DNA from: Candidatus Woesearchaeota archaeon
Lineage (GTDB): Archaea; Nanobdellota; Nanobdellia; Woesearchaeales; GW2011-AR15
Direction: 5' to 3'
Length of the DNA stretch: 14,535 nt
NCBI GenBank assembly: GCA_038874655.1
Contig: JAVZBY010000006.1
Coordinates: 31,041-45,575, forward strand
The position numbers and the translations under genes were made by a program. Below are positions 12,924-14,535 of this stretch, piece by piece; position 1 is the stretch's first letter, and every line of letters begins with the position of its first letter. Below the pieces are notes generated by a model. The model ran no database searches. It was not told the DNA's origin and was given only the letters and a program-made list of their open reading frames with translations.

Positions 12924-14534
12924 TTATTCATATTGTTCTCTTGCTAATTTTATTTCTTCATACAATCTTGCTATAAAACCATGGATTTTTCTTTTATCTG
13001 ATTGTTGTAGTAATTTATATTCATTTATTAATCTTAAATAAATAAAATAAGCTTCATTTATCTTTCTCTGTCTTAATAAAATTTCTGCTTGATTAATTTT
13101 AAAGAACATCTCATCAAGTTTAGTTAATGGATTATTTATAACCTTTGATTCTTTTTCAACTAATTCCTTTTCACTAGTTAATGCTACTATTTGTTTAAAT
13201 TCTGATAACATTGCTCTAAACTCTTCTTTTGAAACAGATTTACCAGAGAATTCAATTTCTGTGCTTCTTTCAAAAAAATTAATAAGTACTGATTTAAAAG
13301 TATCGCTTATTCTTCTAGATTTTATTTCATCGATTAATTCTTCATATGTAAATTCATATCTTAAATTAAATAAACTTTTAAAATATCTCCTAATAATATT
13401 AGCTAACATCAATATTAGTTTTTCAATATTTTCTATCTCAATTAAATCCTCTAATTTTAAAATACTATCAAAAATAGATTCTGAAATTTTTGCTTCTAAC
13501 AATAATTTTTCTTCATAATATTTTCTCCTTCTTTTTTTCATAGCATTTAATAAATATGGATAACTTTTAATAGCTAGAAATAATAAGGTTGAAGATAATA
13601 CAAAAAGAAAAAAATAAAACCCATAATCAACACCTTGTTTTTTTGGTTGTTCTAAATAACTACAGGGTTGACAAGGGCCTCCACAATCTGGAATTTCTGT
13701 TAAGCCTCTTGTGCAATCTTCATTATTATTACAAATAAAGTCAAAACATGACTCTTTTTTTCCATACTCACAAGGCTTACAACTACCTCCACAATCTGGT
13801 ATATCTATTAATCCTTTTGTACAATCCTCATCATTATTACAAATATTATCATAACAATTTCCACAAGGAGGACAAGGCCCTCCACAATCTACACCTTCCT
13901 CATCAGGACCTTTAAAACCATCATAACAAGTGCTTTCAAAAATACATGGCTCTGTTAAATTTGGCTTGCCTAAATTTGTTGAACAATTATTTAAATCATA
14001 GCATTCCCTTCTTCTTAGATTATCTGGCTCACATTTACCAAATGGCCTACAATACCATTGTGGTAAACATTGCGGCATTGATCCTGAACTTCCAGAACCA
14101 CTACCTCCACTTCCTCTTACTTGTTGTTCTTGTGGTTGTTGATTCGGCATTACTCTTATTTTTACAATATTACTTGTAGCATTTGCATAATAAGGATCCC
14201 ATGCAATAAAAATTATTTCTTCCTCTCCAAACCATCCAGATATAGGTGTTAATGTAATAACATTATTTGAATCAATAAAATAACCAATATTATTTAATGA
14301 ATTTGGAATAGTTGTATATGTCAAAGGATCATTGTCGTAATCAAAGAAATAAACATCTAAATCAAAAGATATACTAGTATCCTGCATAATTGTCTGATTT
14401 GGGATATGTTCTACTAAAATTGGCGGATCATTTACATTGATAACTTCTAATCTAAATTCTCTGTAATCATAATTATTTTGACAATTAGAATTATCCCAAA
14501 CACTAATTCCAAAACTATAATTTCCAACTTGTGT
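12924..14534 (-). CDS. Large single-pass cell-surface protein, 5'-truncated: cadherin/Ig-like domains, Q/G/S linker, Cys-rich modules, TM helix, helical cytoplasmic tail
   Basis: Frame stays open from 14387 to the window edge (TQVGNYSFGISVWDNSNCQNNYDYREFRLEVINVNDPPILVEHIPNQTI-M); NVNDPP and DYDNDPLTY motifs; TM segment followed by KKRRRK. Confidence 0.88.
   Translation of the reverse strand, partial: TQVGNYSFGISVWDNSNCQNNYDYREFRLEVINVNDPPILVEHIPNQTIMQDTSISFDLDVYFFDYDNDPLTYTTIPNSLNNIGYFIDSNNVITLTPISGWFGEEEIIFIAWDPYYANATSNIVKIRVMPNQQPQEQQVRGSGGSGSGSSGSMPQCLPQWYCRPFGKCEPDNLRRRECYDLNNCSTNLGKPNLTEPCIFESTCYDGFKGPDEEGVDCGGPCPPCGNCYDNICNNDEDCTKGLIDIPDCGGSCKPCEYGKKESCFDFICNNNEDCTRGLTEIPDCGGPCQPCSYLEQPKKQGVDYGFYFFLFVLSSTLLFLAIKSYPYLLNAMKKRRRKYYEEKLLLEAKISESIFDSILKLEDLIEIENIEKLILMLANIIRRYFKSLFNLRYEFTYEELIDEIKSRRISDTFKSVLINFFERSTEIEFSGKSVSKEEFRAMLSEFKQIVALTSEKELVEKESKVINNPLTKLDEMFFKINQAEILLRQRKINEAYFIYLRLINEYKLLQQSDKRKIHGFIARLYEEIKLAREQYE
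13662..13928 (-). repeat. Three intragenic Cys-rich repeats, C-x-D…E…DCGG-x-C-x-P-C
   Basis: CYDGFKGPDEEGVDCGGPCPPC, CYDNICNNDEDCTKGLIDIPDCGGSCKPC, CFDFICNNNEDCTRGLTEIPDCGGPCQPC; ccacaatct recurs at 13681, 13789 and 13882. Confidence 0.85.
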
Positions 14535-14535
14535 A

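Noticed and set aside
13261-14179. Plus-strand ORFs 13261-13518 and 13946-14179
   Set aside because: Antisense shadows of the surface-protein gene.
14385-14387. ATG 14387 as the start of the surface protein
   Set aside because: The frame is open to the window edge and the Met lies within a cadherin-like domain with no signal peptide.

Overview
AT-rich archaeal chromosomal window; gene content, the split rpoB and divergent RNA polymerase motifs suggest a DPANN archaeon of the Nanoarchaeota/Woesearchaeota/Pacearchaeota group (inference, not a database result). Left to right: the 3' end of an unknown membrane-type gene; [NiFe]-hydrogenase maturation genes hypD and hypE (+); a METTL5-family methyltransferase (-); a co-oriented trio of DedA, PAP2 phosphatase and CTP-dependent SEC59/DGK1/VTE5 lipid kinase (+); a 99-aa hypothetical gene (-); the RNA polymerase operon rpoH-rpoB''-rpoB'-rpoA'-rpoA'' (-), preceded by tRNA-Asp(GUC), tRNA-Lys(UUU) and a 55-nt leader hairpin; and the 3' part of a large single-pass surface protein with cadherin-like and Cys-rich repeats (-) that runs off the right edge. 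Best leads: a candidate polyprenyl-phosphate recycling/scavenging module, a proline-containing divergent RNAP bridge helix, a structured RNA leader on a tRNA-RNAP transcript, and a CxxC insertion in the HypD Fe-S region. No CRISPR array, mobile element or intein was seen.
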